64,000 nucleotides of DNA from the NCBI GenBank assembly GCA_949289005.1, contig CASEMQ010000007.1, forward strand, positions 73,295 to 137,294, read 5' to 3'. Below, in pieces: positions 9,874 to 18,770 of the stretch (its first letter is position 1; every line of letters starts with the position of its first letter). A model generated the notes under the pieces. That model ran no database searches. It saw nothing but the letters and a program-made list of their open reading frames with translations, and was not told the DNA's origin. A program made the position numbers and the translations under genes. Source of the DNA: an uncultured Lentisphaeraceae bacterium. GTDB taxonomy: Bacteria; Verrucomicrobiota; Kiritimatiellia; RFP12; DVOR01.

Positions 9874-10556
9874 GCGACGTTTCGCCCGACCTCGGTTTCG
9901 CGCGGCTGGATCTCTCCCGCCCGCGCCGCACGGGCATGGCCGAGACAGTCTATTGCCCCGGCAAGACGGCCGGGCAGCTCATCGCCATCCTTCGCGCCTT
10001 CGCGGCGGCCGGCCAATCGGTGCTGGGCACGCGGTGCACGCCCGACCAGGCCGAGGCCGCGCGCGCGGCCGGGCTGGACGTGGCATACGAGGCCGTCGCG
10101 CGCGTCCTCACGCTAGGCGCGCCGGCGCCGGCGACGCTCGGGCGCGTCGCCGTCCTCACGGGCGGAACGGCGGATCTCCCCGTCGCCGAGGAGGCCGCGC
10201 GCTCGGCGGCTTTTTTGGGGGCGGAAGTGACGCGGTGCTACGATGTGGGCGTGGCGGGGCTGCACCGCCTGCTCGCGCGGGTGGACGAGGTGCGCGCGGC
10301 GGACGTGCTCATTGTGGTGGCGGGGATGGAGGGAGCGCTCGGCAGCGTGGTGGCGGGGCTTGTCGAGGCGCCGGTCGTCGCGGTGCCGACCTCGGTGGGG
10401 TACGGCGCGGCCTTTGGTGGGCTCGCACCCTTGCTTTCCATGCTCAACGCCTGCGCCGAGGGGTTGGCCGTGGTGAACATCGACAACGGTTTCGGCGCGG
10501 CCGTGATGGCCTGCCGGATGTTGCGCCTGGCGCAGCGAAAGGCTTCCCATGAATGA
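9870..10556 (+). CDS. larB: Nickel-pincer nucleotide biosynthesis carboxylase LarB (PurE-like)
   Basis: C-terminal 228 aa of the 9138..10556 ORF; ATG at 9870 overlaps the cbiM stop (ATGA); PurE-like VAGMEGALGSVVAG; followed by larC and larE. Confidence 0.7.
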   Translation: MSDVSPDLGFARLDLSRPRRTGMAETVYCPGKTAGQLIAILRAFAAAGQSVLGTRCTPDQAEAARAAGLDVAYEAVARVLTLGAPAPATLGRVAVLTGGTADLPVAEEAARSAAFLGAEVTRCYDVGVAGLHRLLARVDEVRAADVLIVVAGMEGALGSVVAGLVEAPVVAVPTSVGYGAAFGGLAPLLSMLNACAEGLAVVNIDNGFGAAVMACRMLRLAQRKASHE

Positions 10557-11766
10557 GTTGCTCTATCTGGATGGTTCCTGCGGCATCAGCGGCGACATGG
10601 CCGTGGCCGCGTTGATGGCGCTTGGCGCCGACCGCGCGCCGCTTGATGCCGCGCTCGCGCCCCTCGCCGCCGAGGGTCTGGCCTATACCCTCGCGCCCAA
10701 GACGGTGAACGGGTTGGCCGGCTGGGACTTCGACGTTCGCCTGCCCGAGCACGACCACCATCACGGGGAGCACGGCCACCACCACGAAGGCCATGCGCAC
10801 CGCCACGAACATCGCCATTTGGCCGACGTCGAGGCGTTGCTCGCCGCGCTCCCGATGACCGACCGCGCCCGCGACCTGGCCTTGCGCGCCTTTCGCATCG
10901 TGGCCGAGGCCGAGGCCAAGGCGCACGGTTGCGCCCTCGGCGAGGTCCATTTCCATGAGGTCGGCGCGCTCGATTCCATCGCCGACATCGTGGGCGCCGC
11001 CACGCTTTTCGACAATCTGGGCGTGCGCGACTGCGTGGTCACGCGCCTTTGCGAGGGCACCGGCACCGTCCGTTGCGCACATGGCGAGTTGCCCGTGCCC
11101 GTGCCCGCCACCCTCAACATCGCCCAAGCCCATGCCATCCCCTTGGAAATCACGGACGTGCGTGGCGAGCGTGTCACGCCCACGGGCGCGGCCCTTGCCG
11201 CCGCCTTCCGCACGCGCACGGATTTGCCCGCGCCCTTCACGGTCGTCAAGACCGGCCTTGGCCACGGCAAACGCGACCTCGGCCGCGTCAATGCCCTCCG
11301 CGCCAGCCTTATTCGCGCGGACGATGCCCCCGAGGCACTCCATGTCCTCGAGGCGAACATCGACGACTGCTCGGGCGAGACGCTCGCCGCCGCCGCCGCG
11401 ACCCTCCTGGCGCAAGGCGCCCGCGACGTCGTCTGCCTCCCCTGCCTTATGAAGAAAGGGCGCCCCGGCACGCTTGTCCAGGTGTTGGCCGACGAACCGC
11501 TCCTGCCGCGCCTTGCCGAGAGCCTCTTCCGCGAAACCACCACCATCGGCGTGCGCACCTATCCCGTCCGCCGCACCGTGATGGCGCGCACCCCCTGCCT
11601 TCTCCGGACGCCCTACGGCGAAATCCGCGCCAAACGGTGCGTTTTCGGCGACTTGGTGCGCATCTACCCGGAGGCCGACAGCGTGCGCGATGTCGCGGCC
11701 ATCGCCGGTGTGCCCTTCCCGGATGTCTTCGCCGCCGCCCAATGCGCCGCCCGCACGACCCCATGA
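10549..11766 (+). CDS. larC: Nickel insertion protein LarC (pyridinium-3,5-bisthiocarboxylate mononucleotide nickel chelatase)
   Basis: N-terminal LYLDGSCGISGDM (DUF111/LarC hallmark), His-rich stretch HDHHHGEHGHHHEGHAHRHEHRH; 8-nt overlap with larB. Confidence 0.8.
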   Translation: MNELLYLDGSCGISGDMAVAALMALGADRAPLDAALAPLAAEGLAYTLAPKTVNGLAGWDFDVRLPEHDHHHGEHGHHHEGHAHRHEHRHLADVEALLAALPMTDRARDLALRAFRIVAEAEAKAHGCALGEVHFHEVGALDSIADIVGAATLFDNLGVRDCVVTRLCEGTGTVRCAHGELPVPVPATLNIAQAHAIPLEITDVRGERVTPTGAALAAAFRTRTDLPAPFTVVKTGLGHGKRDLGRVNALRASLIRADDAPEALHVLEANIDDCSGETLAAAAATLLAQGARDVVCLPCLMKKGRPGTLVQVLADEPLLPRLAESLFRETTTIGVRTYPVRRTVMARTPCLLRTPYGEIRAKRCVFGDLVRIYPEADSVRDVAAIAGVPFPDVFAAAQCAARTTP

Positions 11767-12542
11767 CCGCCCGCGACCGACTCGAAGCCTGCCTGCGCCC
11801 CTTCCGCGCGACCGGCGTGGCCGTGGCCTACTCGGGCGGCGTGGACAGCGCACTCTTGCTGGCGGTCTTGGCCGCGTGCCGCCGCGCGGGTGACTTTCCC
11901 CTGCGCGCGCTCATCTTCCATTCCCCCCTGCAATGCGTGGACGAGGCCGACGAGGCCGTCGCCCTCCCCCATGCGCTTGGCGTGCCGTGGCGCATCGTTG
12001 AGGCCGACCCGCTGGCGGTCGTGCCGGGCCTCGCGCAAAACCCGCCCGACCGTTGCTACCGGTGCAAACGCTTCCTGCTGGGTTGCCTCCTGCGCGCTGC
12101 CGACGGGCTCCCCTTGGTGGATGGCACGAACGCCGACGACCGCCGTGCCGGCGACCGTCCCGGCCTCCGCGCACTGGCCGAACGCGGCGTGCGTTCGCCC
12201 CTCGCCGAGGCCGGCCTGACCAAGGCCGAGGTGCGCGCCCTCGCCCGCGCCTTCGCCCTGCCGATGGCCGACCGCCCCGCGTCGCCCTGCCTCGCCACGC
12301 GCGTCCCCTTCGGCGTGCCCCTCACGCCTGCGCGTCTCCGCCGCGTGGAGACCGCCGAGGCATGCGTCCGCGCATGTCTTCCCGAGGTGGCCGACCTTCG
12401 CGTGCGCGACCGTTTTCCCGAGGCGTGCCTGGAGGTGCCGTCGCCCGCGCTGGCGTTGGTTGCCGCCCGCCGCCCCGCCCTCGAGGCCGCGCTCGCTCCC
12501 GTCGGCTTCGCCGCGCTCACGTTCGCCCCGCTCCATCCCTGA
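11763..12542 (+). CDS. larE: ATP-dependent sacrificial sulfur transferase LarE (PP-loop ATPase)
   Basis: ATG at 11763 overlaps the larC stop (ATGA); PP-loop SGGVDS; conserved Cys-containing C-terminal half; about 260 aa. Confidence 0.75.
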   Translation: MTARDRLEACLRPFRATGVAVAYSGGVDSALLLAVLAACRRAGDFPLRALIFHSPLQCVDEADEAVALPHALGVPWRIVEADPLAVVPGLAQNPPDRCYRCKRFLLGCLLRAADGLPLVDGTNADDRRAGDRPGLRALAERGVRSPLAEAGLTKAEVRALARAFALPMADRPASPCLATRVPFGVPLTPARLRRVETAEACVRACLPEVADLRVRDRFPEACLEVPSPALALVAARRPALEAALAPVGFAALTFAPLHP

Positions 12543-12599
12543 TCCCACGAAAATCCCGGCACGGCGTGCGGCGAGGCGCCGACTTGTTGACAACTTCCC

Positions 12600-12780
12600 C
12601 CGAACGTCCCGCTTTGGGACACGGCGTGTCGCGACCCGGGATGCGCCGTGTCTCGAGGGGAGGTACGCCGTGTCCCGGAAAATGACCCCGCTCCCTGATT
12701 GAAAAATGCCCTTTTGCCCCCCTCCGGGCCTCTCGCGCTTTCGACAGGTTTTCAACGGGTTTGCGAAAGTTATCGACAGG
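12600..12780 (+). repeat. Dispersed ~190 bp intergenic repeat element, copy 1 (three tandem ~22 nt units at approx 12621..12686, GATTGAAAA box, conserved 3' module GGTTTTCAACGGGTTTGCGAAAGTTATCGACAGG)
   Basis: Alignable by eye to the copies at 32281..32475, 42896..43080 (reverse) and 54510..54700 (reverse); lies about 90 nt upstream of ilvA. Confidence 0.8.
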
Positions 12781-12870
12781 ATGGCGCGGGCGGTCGTGGG
12801 GCGACGGAAGGAAACGCGAGGGGCGATTGTGCTATAGTAGTGGGGAAGTGAAAGAAGGGACGCAGTTGTT

Positions 12871-14079
12871 ATGTCGAAGCTGACGATTGAGAACATCCGC
12901 CATGCGGCCGAGGTTTTGCACGAGGTGGCGCGGAAGACCGATATGATTTTCGCGCCGAAACTGTCCACGAACGCGCAGGTGTGGCTGAAGACGGAAAACC
13001 TGCAGGTGACCGGCTCGTTCAAGGTGCGGGGGGCGTACTACAAGATTTCCAAACTGACGGACCAAGAGTTGGCGCGCGGCGTGATCGCGTGCAGCGCGGG
13101 CAACCATGCGCAGGGCGTGGCCTTGGGCGCGCAGCGGCGCGGGGCGCGCGCGGTGATTTGCATGCCGGATATCGCGCCCATCGCGAAAATCGAGGCCACG
13201 AAGAGTTACGGCGCGGAGGTGCACCTGGTGCCGGGGACGTACGACGACGCGAGCGCTTACGCGGCGAAGTTGTGCAAGGAGGAGGGGATGACCTTTGTGC
13301 ATCCCTTCGACGACCCGGACGTGATTGCGGGGCAGGGCACGGTGGGAATCGAGATTTTGGAGCAGTTGCCGGACGTGGATGCGGTGTTGGTGCCCATCGG
13401 CGGCGGCGGGCTGATCTCGGGCGTGGCCTATGCCATCAAGCACCTGAAGCCGACCTGCAAGGTCTATGGCGTGCAGGCCGCGGAGGCGCCGAGCATGAAG
13501 CGCTCGATCGAGGCGCAGGACAAGCTGACGCTCTCGACCGCGAACACGTTCGCCGACGGCATCGCGGTGAAGCATCCGGGCGACCTGACCTTTGAGCTGG
13601 TGAAGCGGTACGTGGATGGCATTGTGACGGTGTCGGAGGACGAAATCGCGGCGGCGGTGCTCTTCCTCATCGAGCAACGCAAGCTGGTCTGCGAGGGCGC
13701 GGGCGCGGTCTCGGTGGCGGCGATGATTTACGACAAGGTGCCGGGGCTGCACGGCAAGAAGGTGTGTTGCCTGCTTTCGGGCGGCAACATCGACGTGAAC
13801 ATCCTCAGCCGTGTGATTTACCGCGGTTTGCTGGCCAGCGGGCGGCGGGCGAGCATCAAGCTGTCGTTGCCTGACAAGCCGGGGCAACTGGCCATCGTGG
13901 CGGGCATCGTCTCGAAGTGCGGCGGCAACGTCATCAACGTGAGCTATGGCCCCTCGGGCGTGGACACGGCGTTGGCCAGTTGCGTGCTGAGCCTGGAGTT
14001 GGAGACGCGCGACTTTGAGCAGATCGGCGAGATCCACGGCGCGTTGGAGGCCGCGGGCTATCGGTTGATCCGGGAATGA
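12871..14079 (+). CDS. ilvA: Threonine ammonia-lyase (threonine dehydratase), PLP-dependent with C-terminal regulatory domain
   Basis: 402 aa; PLP-lysine motif TGSFKVRGA; glycine-rich PIGGGGLISG; C-terminal ACT-like domain. Confidence 0.8.
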   Translation: MSKLTIENIRHAAEVLHEVARKTDMIFAPKLSTNAQVWLKTENLQVTGSFKVRGAYYKISKLTDQELARGVIACSAGNHAQGVALGAQRRGARAVICMPDIAPIAKIEATKSYGAEVHLVPGTYDDASAYAAKLCKEEGMTFVHPFDDPDVIAGQGTVGIEILEQLPDVDAVLVPIGGGGLISGVAYAIKHLKPTCKVYGVQAAEAPSMKRSIEAQDKLTLSTANTFADGIAVKHPGDLTFELVKRYVDGIVTVSEDEIAAAVLFLIEQRKLVCEGAGAVSVAAMIYDKVPGLHGKKVCCLLSGGNIDVNILSRVIYRGLLASGRRASIKLSLPDKPGQLAIVAGIVSKCGGNVINVSYGPSGVDTALASCVLSLELETRDFEQIGEIHGALEAAGYRLIRE

Positions 14080-14098
14080 CGCCGGGGGGGACGACGCC

Positions 14099-14830
14099 GT
14101 GCTGACGCTGACGGGCGCAACTTTTCTCTACGCCGCGGATCGGGGCATTCGCGATGTTTCGTTGCGCGTGGCGCCGGGCGAGGTGGTGGGCGTGGTGGGG
14201 GCCAACGGCGCCGGCAAGAGCACGCTCTTGGGGTTGGCGGCCGCGGCGTTGGTGCCGCAGGCGGGGCGCGTCACGCTGGCGATCACGGATCTGGCCGGGC
14301 GCACGCGGCGCCTCCATTCCGACCAAGGCATCGGCTATCGCCGCCATGTGGGCTACCTGACGGAGCTGGCGCCGGTCTACGGCGAGATGCGCGTGAAGTC
14401 CTATCTCGCCTTTCGCGCGAAGTTGCGCGGGGTGGGCTTCATGCGGGTACGCGGCCGGGTGCGCGAGGCCATGCGGCGGTGCGGGCTCGGCGCGTGCCAG
14501 AAGGCGACGATCGGGACGCTGTCGCTGGGGATGCGGCGGCGCGTGGCATTGGCGGAGGCGTTGCTGACGTTGCCCCAAGTGCTGGTGCTGGACGACCCGT
14601 TCGCGGGGATCGACGCGGCGTTGCGCGCGGAGTTCGCGGAGGTGATTCGCGAGGTCGCCGCGCGGGCGCAGGTGCTCATCAGCGGGCATGACCCGCAGAT
14701 GTTGGCGGCGTGTTGCACGCGCTTCGCCCTCATCGAGAAGGGGCGGCTGGCGGCGGACGATCTGGATGCGCGGATGGCGTTGGCGCGGCTGACGGCGCCG
14801 GTGGCGCAGGCCGCGGGGAAGGGGGCGTGA
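14099..14830 (+). CDS. ABC transporter ATP-binding protein (ABC-2 exporter type)
   Basis: GTG start at 14099; Walker A GANGAGKST; divergent signature LSLGMRRR; Walker B LVLDDP. Confidence 0.7.
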   Translation: MLTLTGATFLYAADRGIRDVSLRVAPGEVVGVVGANGAGKSTLLGLAAAALVPQAGRVTLAITDLAGRTRRLHSDQGIGYRRHVGYLTELAPVYGEMRVKSYLAFRAKLRGVGFMRVRGRVREAMRRCGLGACQKATIGTLSLGMRRRVALAEALLTLPQVLVLDDPFAGIDAALRAEFAEVIREVAARAQVLISGHDPQMLAACCTRFALIEKGRLAADDLDARMALARLTAPVAQAAGKGA

Positions 14831-14833
14831 GCC

Positions 14834-15586
14834 ATGGTGTTTTGGACAATCCTGCGGCGCGAGGTCTTTCAGCTGTTTCGCTCGGTGCATGGGGTGGCGC
14901 CGCTTTTCTTGGCGCTGATGGGGGCGGGGGCGCTTTTTGTGGTGTTTCTCTATCGCGCGGAAGGGACGGCGGAGACGTTGCCGGCGCTCTGGGGGCTGGC
15001 GACGGCCTTCGGGCTGCCCTTTTTGGCGGCGGTGGCGGCCTCGCGCGGGTTCACGCAGGATCGCGAGGTGGGGATGCTGCGGCTGATGTTCGCGACGCCG
15101 GTGCGTGCGCGGTGGTGGGTGCTGGGCAAGGTCGCCGCGGCGTGGACGCTGTGCATGGTCTATGTGGGCGGCATGGGGCTGTCGTGCTGGGTGCTGACGC
15201 ATTGGCTGTTGCCGCCGGACGCTCAGGTTCCGGGGACGTGGCCGGGCTTTGGGCTGGCGGCGCTGGCGCTGGCGGCGCAGGCGTTGCTGTGGTGCGGGAT
15301 CGGGACGTTGGCCTCGTTGCTCTCGCGGAGTTCGGCCTCGACCTTTTTGGTGTCGTTGCTGACGTGCCTGTTGGCGCCGCCTTTGGCGTGGGCGGCGGTT
15401 TCGGCGGCGGTCGCCGGGCCGATGGCGCAGTGGCCGTGGTTCCCGCTTCAGACGGTGGTTTACGATTGCGCGGGGGGCGTGGTGGACATCCGGGCGCTCG
15501 TGGGTTGCGTGACGGGCGCCGCGGTGGTGATTTATGCCGCCGGCTTGGCCTTTGATGCCTTGCGGCTGTGCGCGACGGAGCGGTGA
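14834..15586 (+). CDS. ABC-2 family transporter permease
   Basis: 250 aa, 6 predicted TM segments; immediately downstream of the ATPase. Confidence 0.6.
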   Translation: MVFWTILRREVFQLFRSVHGVAPLFLALMGAGALFVVFLYRAEGTAETLPALWGLATAFGLPFLAAVAASRGFTQDREVGMLRLMFATPVRARWWVLGKVAAAWTLCMVYVGGMGLSCWVLTHWLLPPDAQVPGTWPGFGLAALALAAQALLWCGIGTLASLLSRSSASTFLVSLLTCLLAPPLAWAAVSAAVAGPMAQWPWFPLQTVVYDCAGGVVDIRALVGCVTGAAVVIYAAGLAFDALRLCATER

Positions 15587-16524
15587 TGGCGACTTCCGAT
15601 GCGGCCCTTCGCGAGAACTTGGCGCGCGCCTTCGCGGCGGGGCGCCCCGCGCAGGGTTATCTGATCGTCGGCCCGGTACGGCGCGAGGGGCGTGCGTTGG
15701 CGGAGTGGATCGGCGCGCAACTTTTGGGCGATGGGCCGACCATCGCGGAGCACGCGCACCCGGACATGCCGTGGTTCGAGCCGGAGAAGGTGAGCCGCAT
15801 CATCGGCGTGGACATGATGCGCGGGCGGATCTTGCCCTTGGCGCAGCAGAGTGCGCTCTCGGGCGGGTGGAAGGTGCTCGTCATCGTCTCGGCGGACCGG
15901 ATGCGCGCGGAGGCGGCGAACGCGTTTCTGAAGACGTTGGAGGAGCCGCCGCCGCAGACGTTGTTTTTGCTGTTGGTGGATTCGTTGGCGGAGGTCTTGC
16001 CCACCATCGTGTCGCGTTGCCAGGTAATCCAGGCGGGCGGCACGCGCGGGTTGGACGAGCCGTGGCGCACCCAGGTGCTGGAGTTGCTGGCGGGCATCGA
16101 TCGGAAGTCGGTGCTTTTGGACGCGGCGCGGGCGGATACGCTGTGCGCCATCCTGGAGGACATGGAGGCCGAGGCCGAGAAGTCCGTCCGCGAGGAGGCC
16201 AAGGACAATCGCTACGTGGAGGAGGATGCCGACACAATCAAGGCGTTGGTGGGGGCGAAGGCGAAGGCTTGGCGCACGGATTTGTTGCTGACGTTGGAGC
16301 AATGGATGCGCGACCTGCTCTGCCTGCGGGCCGCGGGCGAGGGTGCCGGGCCGCCGCTGGCGTTCCCGGGGCGGCGCGAGGCGTTGAGCCGCCGGGCGGC
16401 GGCGCACACCTTGGCGCACCTGGAGGAAAACCTGGCGATGCTGGAGACGCTTGCCACCCAGCTGGATCGCAACATCTCCCCCGCCCATATCCTGCCTTAT
16501 TGGATGGATCGCTTCTATTTGTGA
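15586..16524 (+). CDS. holB: DNA polymerase III subunit delta prime
   Basis: ATG at 15586 overlaps the upstream stop (TGATG); KTLEEPP and TIVSRCQ motifs of the clamp-loader delta-prime. Confidence 0.75.
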   Translation: MATSDAALRENLARAFAAGRPAQGYLIVGPVRREGRALAEWIGAQLLGDGPTIAEHAHPDMPWFEPEKVSRIIGVDMMRGRILPLAQQSALSGGWKVLVIVSADRMRAEAANAFLKTLEEPPPQTLFLLLVDSLAEVLPTIVSRCQVIQAGGTRGLDEPWRTQVLELLAGIDRKSVLLDAARADTLCAILEDMEAEAEKSVREEAKDNRYVEEDADTIKALVGAKAKAWRTDLLLTLEQWMRDLLCLRAAGEGAGPPLAFPGRREALSRRAAAHTLAHLEENLAMLETLATQLDRNISPAHILPYWMDRFYL

Positions 16525-16538
16525 AAGGAACCCGCACG

Positions 16539-16979
16539 ATGAAACTCTTGCTGCTCAATGGCCCCAACCTGCGCTTGCTCGGCACGCGGGAGCCTGATAT
16601 TTACGGCCGCTTCACGCTGGCGGACGCGGAGACGTTGGCGCGGCGGACGGCGGAGCGCCTCGGCGCCACGCTCGATTGCTTCCAGAGCGACATCGAGGGC
16701 GAGCTGGTCGCCAAGATCGGCGCGGCGCGCGGCGTTTACGATGGGCTTGTCATCAACCCCGCGGCCTACACGCACACGTCCGTGGCGTTGCGCGACGCCA
16801 TCGCGGCCAGCGAGTTGCCGGCGGTGGAGCTGCACATCTCCAACACGCATAAGCGCGAGGCCTTCCGCCACGTGTCGTACACGGCGCCGGTGTGCGTGGC
16901 GCAGTTGATGGGCTTTGGCCTGCAGGGTTATGCCTTGGCGGTGGAAGGGCTCGTCGCGCTGATTGGGGGGCACCGTTGA
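16539..16979 (+). CDS. aroQ: 3-dehydroquinate dehydratase, type II
   Basis: MKLLLLNGPNLRLLGTREPDIYG, HISN, and ~146 aa length typical of AroQ. Confidence 0.85.
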   Translation: MKLLLLNGPNLRLLGTREPDIYGRFTLADAETLARRTAERLGATLDCFQSDIEGELVAKIGAARGVYDGLVINPAAYTHTSVALRDAIAASELPAVELHISNTHKREAFRHVSYTAPVCVAQLMGFGLQGYALAVEGLVALIGGHR

Positions 16980-17665
16980 TGGAGGCGCTCGTGGATGGCG
17001 TGAACGCGCTGGCCGCGTTGGTGCCGGCCTATCTGTTGGGTGCCATTCCCTTCGGCCTGCTGATTGGCAAGGCGCGGGGCGTGGATGTCCGGGAGGTGGG
17101 CAGCCGCAACATCGGCGCGACCAACGTGTTCCGGTGCGTGGGCGCGGGGTGGGGGGTGTTGGCCTTCGCGCTGGATCTGCTCAAGGGCGTGGGCGGCGTC
17201 TGGTGCGCGGCTATCCCGCTGCTGTGGGGGGCGGCTTGGGGCGCGGGCGACGGACTGCTCCTGCGCGTGCTCTGCGGCACGGCGGCGATGTTGGGGCATA
17301 TCTTCCCGATTTGGCTCGGCTTCCGCGGGGGCAAGGGCGTCTCGACCGCGTTGGGGCTCTTGCTCGGGGTGGCGCCGCTGGCGGGCGTGATAGGCTTCGG
17401 GTGCTGGCTGGCGGTCTTTGGCATCGGCCGCTTCGTCTCGCTGGCCAGCTGCCTGGCGGCCGTGGCGGTGGGGGCGACCGTCTGGACGCCGCTCTACGCG
17501 GAACGCCCGCTTTGGTTCGCGATTTTGATCACGGCGTTGGCCGTGCTGGCCATCGTCAAGCACCGGGCAAACCTGGCGCGGCTCGTCCGCGGGCAGGAGA
17601 ACCGTTTCGCCTTCACCGCCGCCCAGCGCGCCGCGCGGGCCGCCAAACAGGAGAACCGTCCATGA
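16979..17665 (+). CDS. plsY: Glycerol-3-phosphate acyltransferase PlsY
   Basis: Start overlaps the aroQ stop (TGATG); SRNIGATNVFR, FRGGKGV motifs; multi-TM. Confidence 0.8.
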   Translation: MEALVDGVNALAALVPAYLLGAIPFGLLIGKARGVDVREVGSRNIGATNVFRCVGAGWGVLAFALDLLKGVGGVWCAAIPLLWGAAWGAGDGLLLRVLCGTAAMLGHIFPIWLGFRGGKGVSTALGLLLGVAPLAGVIGFGCWLAVFGIGRFVSLASCLAAVAVGATVWTPLYAERPLWFAILITALAVLAIVKHRANLARLVRGQENRFAFTAAQRAARAAKQENRP

Positions 17666-18651
17666 ACATTGCCGTCATCGGGGATGGAGGCTGGGGCACG
17701 GCCACGGCCATGCTGTTGGAGGCGCGCGGACATGCCGTCACCGTCTGGGGGCCCTTCGCGGAGTACATCGACGAGATTCGCGCCACGCGCCGCAACCCGC
17801 GCTACCTGCCTGGCCCCGAACTGCCGGAAGGCATCCGCTGGACGGCCGACCTGCGCGAGGCCGTGCCGGGCGCGGACGTGGTGGTGCTGGCCATTCCCTC
17901 GAAGTTCTACCGCACTGTCTGCGCGCAGCTCGCGCCCCATCTCGATGTGCGCCGCGCGCTTGTCGTCAGCCTCACCAAGGGCGTCTGCCCCGAGACCCAC
18001 CAGCGCATGAGCGAGGTGGCCAAGGCCCTGCTCGGGACCGATCGCGTGGTCGTCCTCTCGGGCCCCTCCCACGCCGAGGAGGTCGCCCGTGGCATTCCCA
18101 CCGCCGTGACCTGCGCCTGCGAGAACCACGCCTTGGCCATCGAGACGCAACGTCTCTTCAACGGTCCGCGCTTTCGCGTCTACACCACCGACGACGTGCT
18201 GGGCGTGGAGATCGGCGGCGTGGTCAAGAACGTCCTGGCCATCGCCGTGGGCGCCAGCGACGGTTTCGGCTTCGGCGACAACACCCGCGCCGCGCTCATC
18301 ACCCGCGGTCTGGCCGAGATGATGCGCCTGGGGCTGCGCCTGGGCGCCAAGCCGCAGACGCTGAGCGGGCTGGCCGGCGTGGGCGACCTCATCGTCACCT
18401 GCACCTCCAAGCACAGCCGCAACCATGCCGTCGGCGAGCGCCTTGGCCGCGGCGAGGCCATCGGCGACATCCTGGCCTCCATGAAGATGGTCGCCGAAGG
18501 CGTGGACAACGCCCGCCTTTTGCACGACCTGGCCCAGGAGCACGGCGTGGAAATGCCCATCGCCGAGGTCGTCTACCGCATTTGCCACCAAGGCCTCCCC
18601 GCCAAGGATGCCGTCCTCCTCCTTATGGAGCGCACCGCCAAGCCCGAGTGA
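17662..18651 (+). CDS. gpsA: NAD(P)H-dependent glycerol-3-phosphate dehydrogenase
   Basis: ATGA overlap with plsY; Rossmann motif IAVIGDGGWGTA; GpsA-like ALITRGLAEM. Confidence 0.8.
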   Translation: MNIAVIGDGGWGTATAMLLEARGHAVTVWGPFAEYIDEIRATRRNPRYLPGPELPEGIRWTADLREAVPGADVVVLAIPSKFYRTVCAQLAPHLDVRRALVVSLTKGVCPETHQRMSEVAKALLGTDRVVVLSGPSHAEEVARGIPTAVTCACENHALAIETQRLFNGPRFRVYTTDDVLGVEIGGVVKNVLAIAVGASDGFGFGDNTRAALITRGLAEMMRLGLRLGAKPQTLSGLAGVGDLIVTCTSKHSRNHAVGERLGRGEAIGDILASMKMVAEGVDNARLLHDLAQEHGVEMPIAEVVYRICHQGLPAKDAVLLLMERTAKPE

Positions 18652-18770
18652 CGCCCCTGCCCGCCCCGCGCCGGGCGCGGGGCGCCGGAGGCGGCTTGTG
18701 TTTGGGGGGAAAATCTGTTATCCTTCCCTCACGTTGCGCCCGCATGGGGCGCGGAAAAGGATTGAGTCGT

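Noticed and set aside
9138-10556. 472-aa plus-strand ORF spanning cbiM and larB, and the analogous 11049..12542 ORF spanning larC and larE
   Set aside because: Only the C-terminal thirds (from ATG 9870 and ATG 11763) have LarB and LarE features. The N-terminal parts are out of frame with cbiM and larC, which carry the real protein signals in those intervals.
12615-12690. Possible CRISPR array suggested by the tandem ~22-nt units inside the repeat elements
   Set aside because: Only three units, directly abutting with no spacers of uniform length, no cas genes, and the same triplet recurs at four loci. This is more consistent with iterons, binding sites or a MITE-like element.
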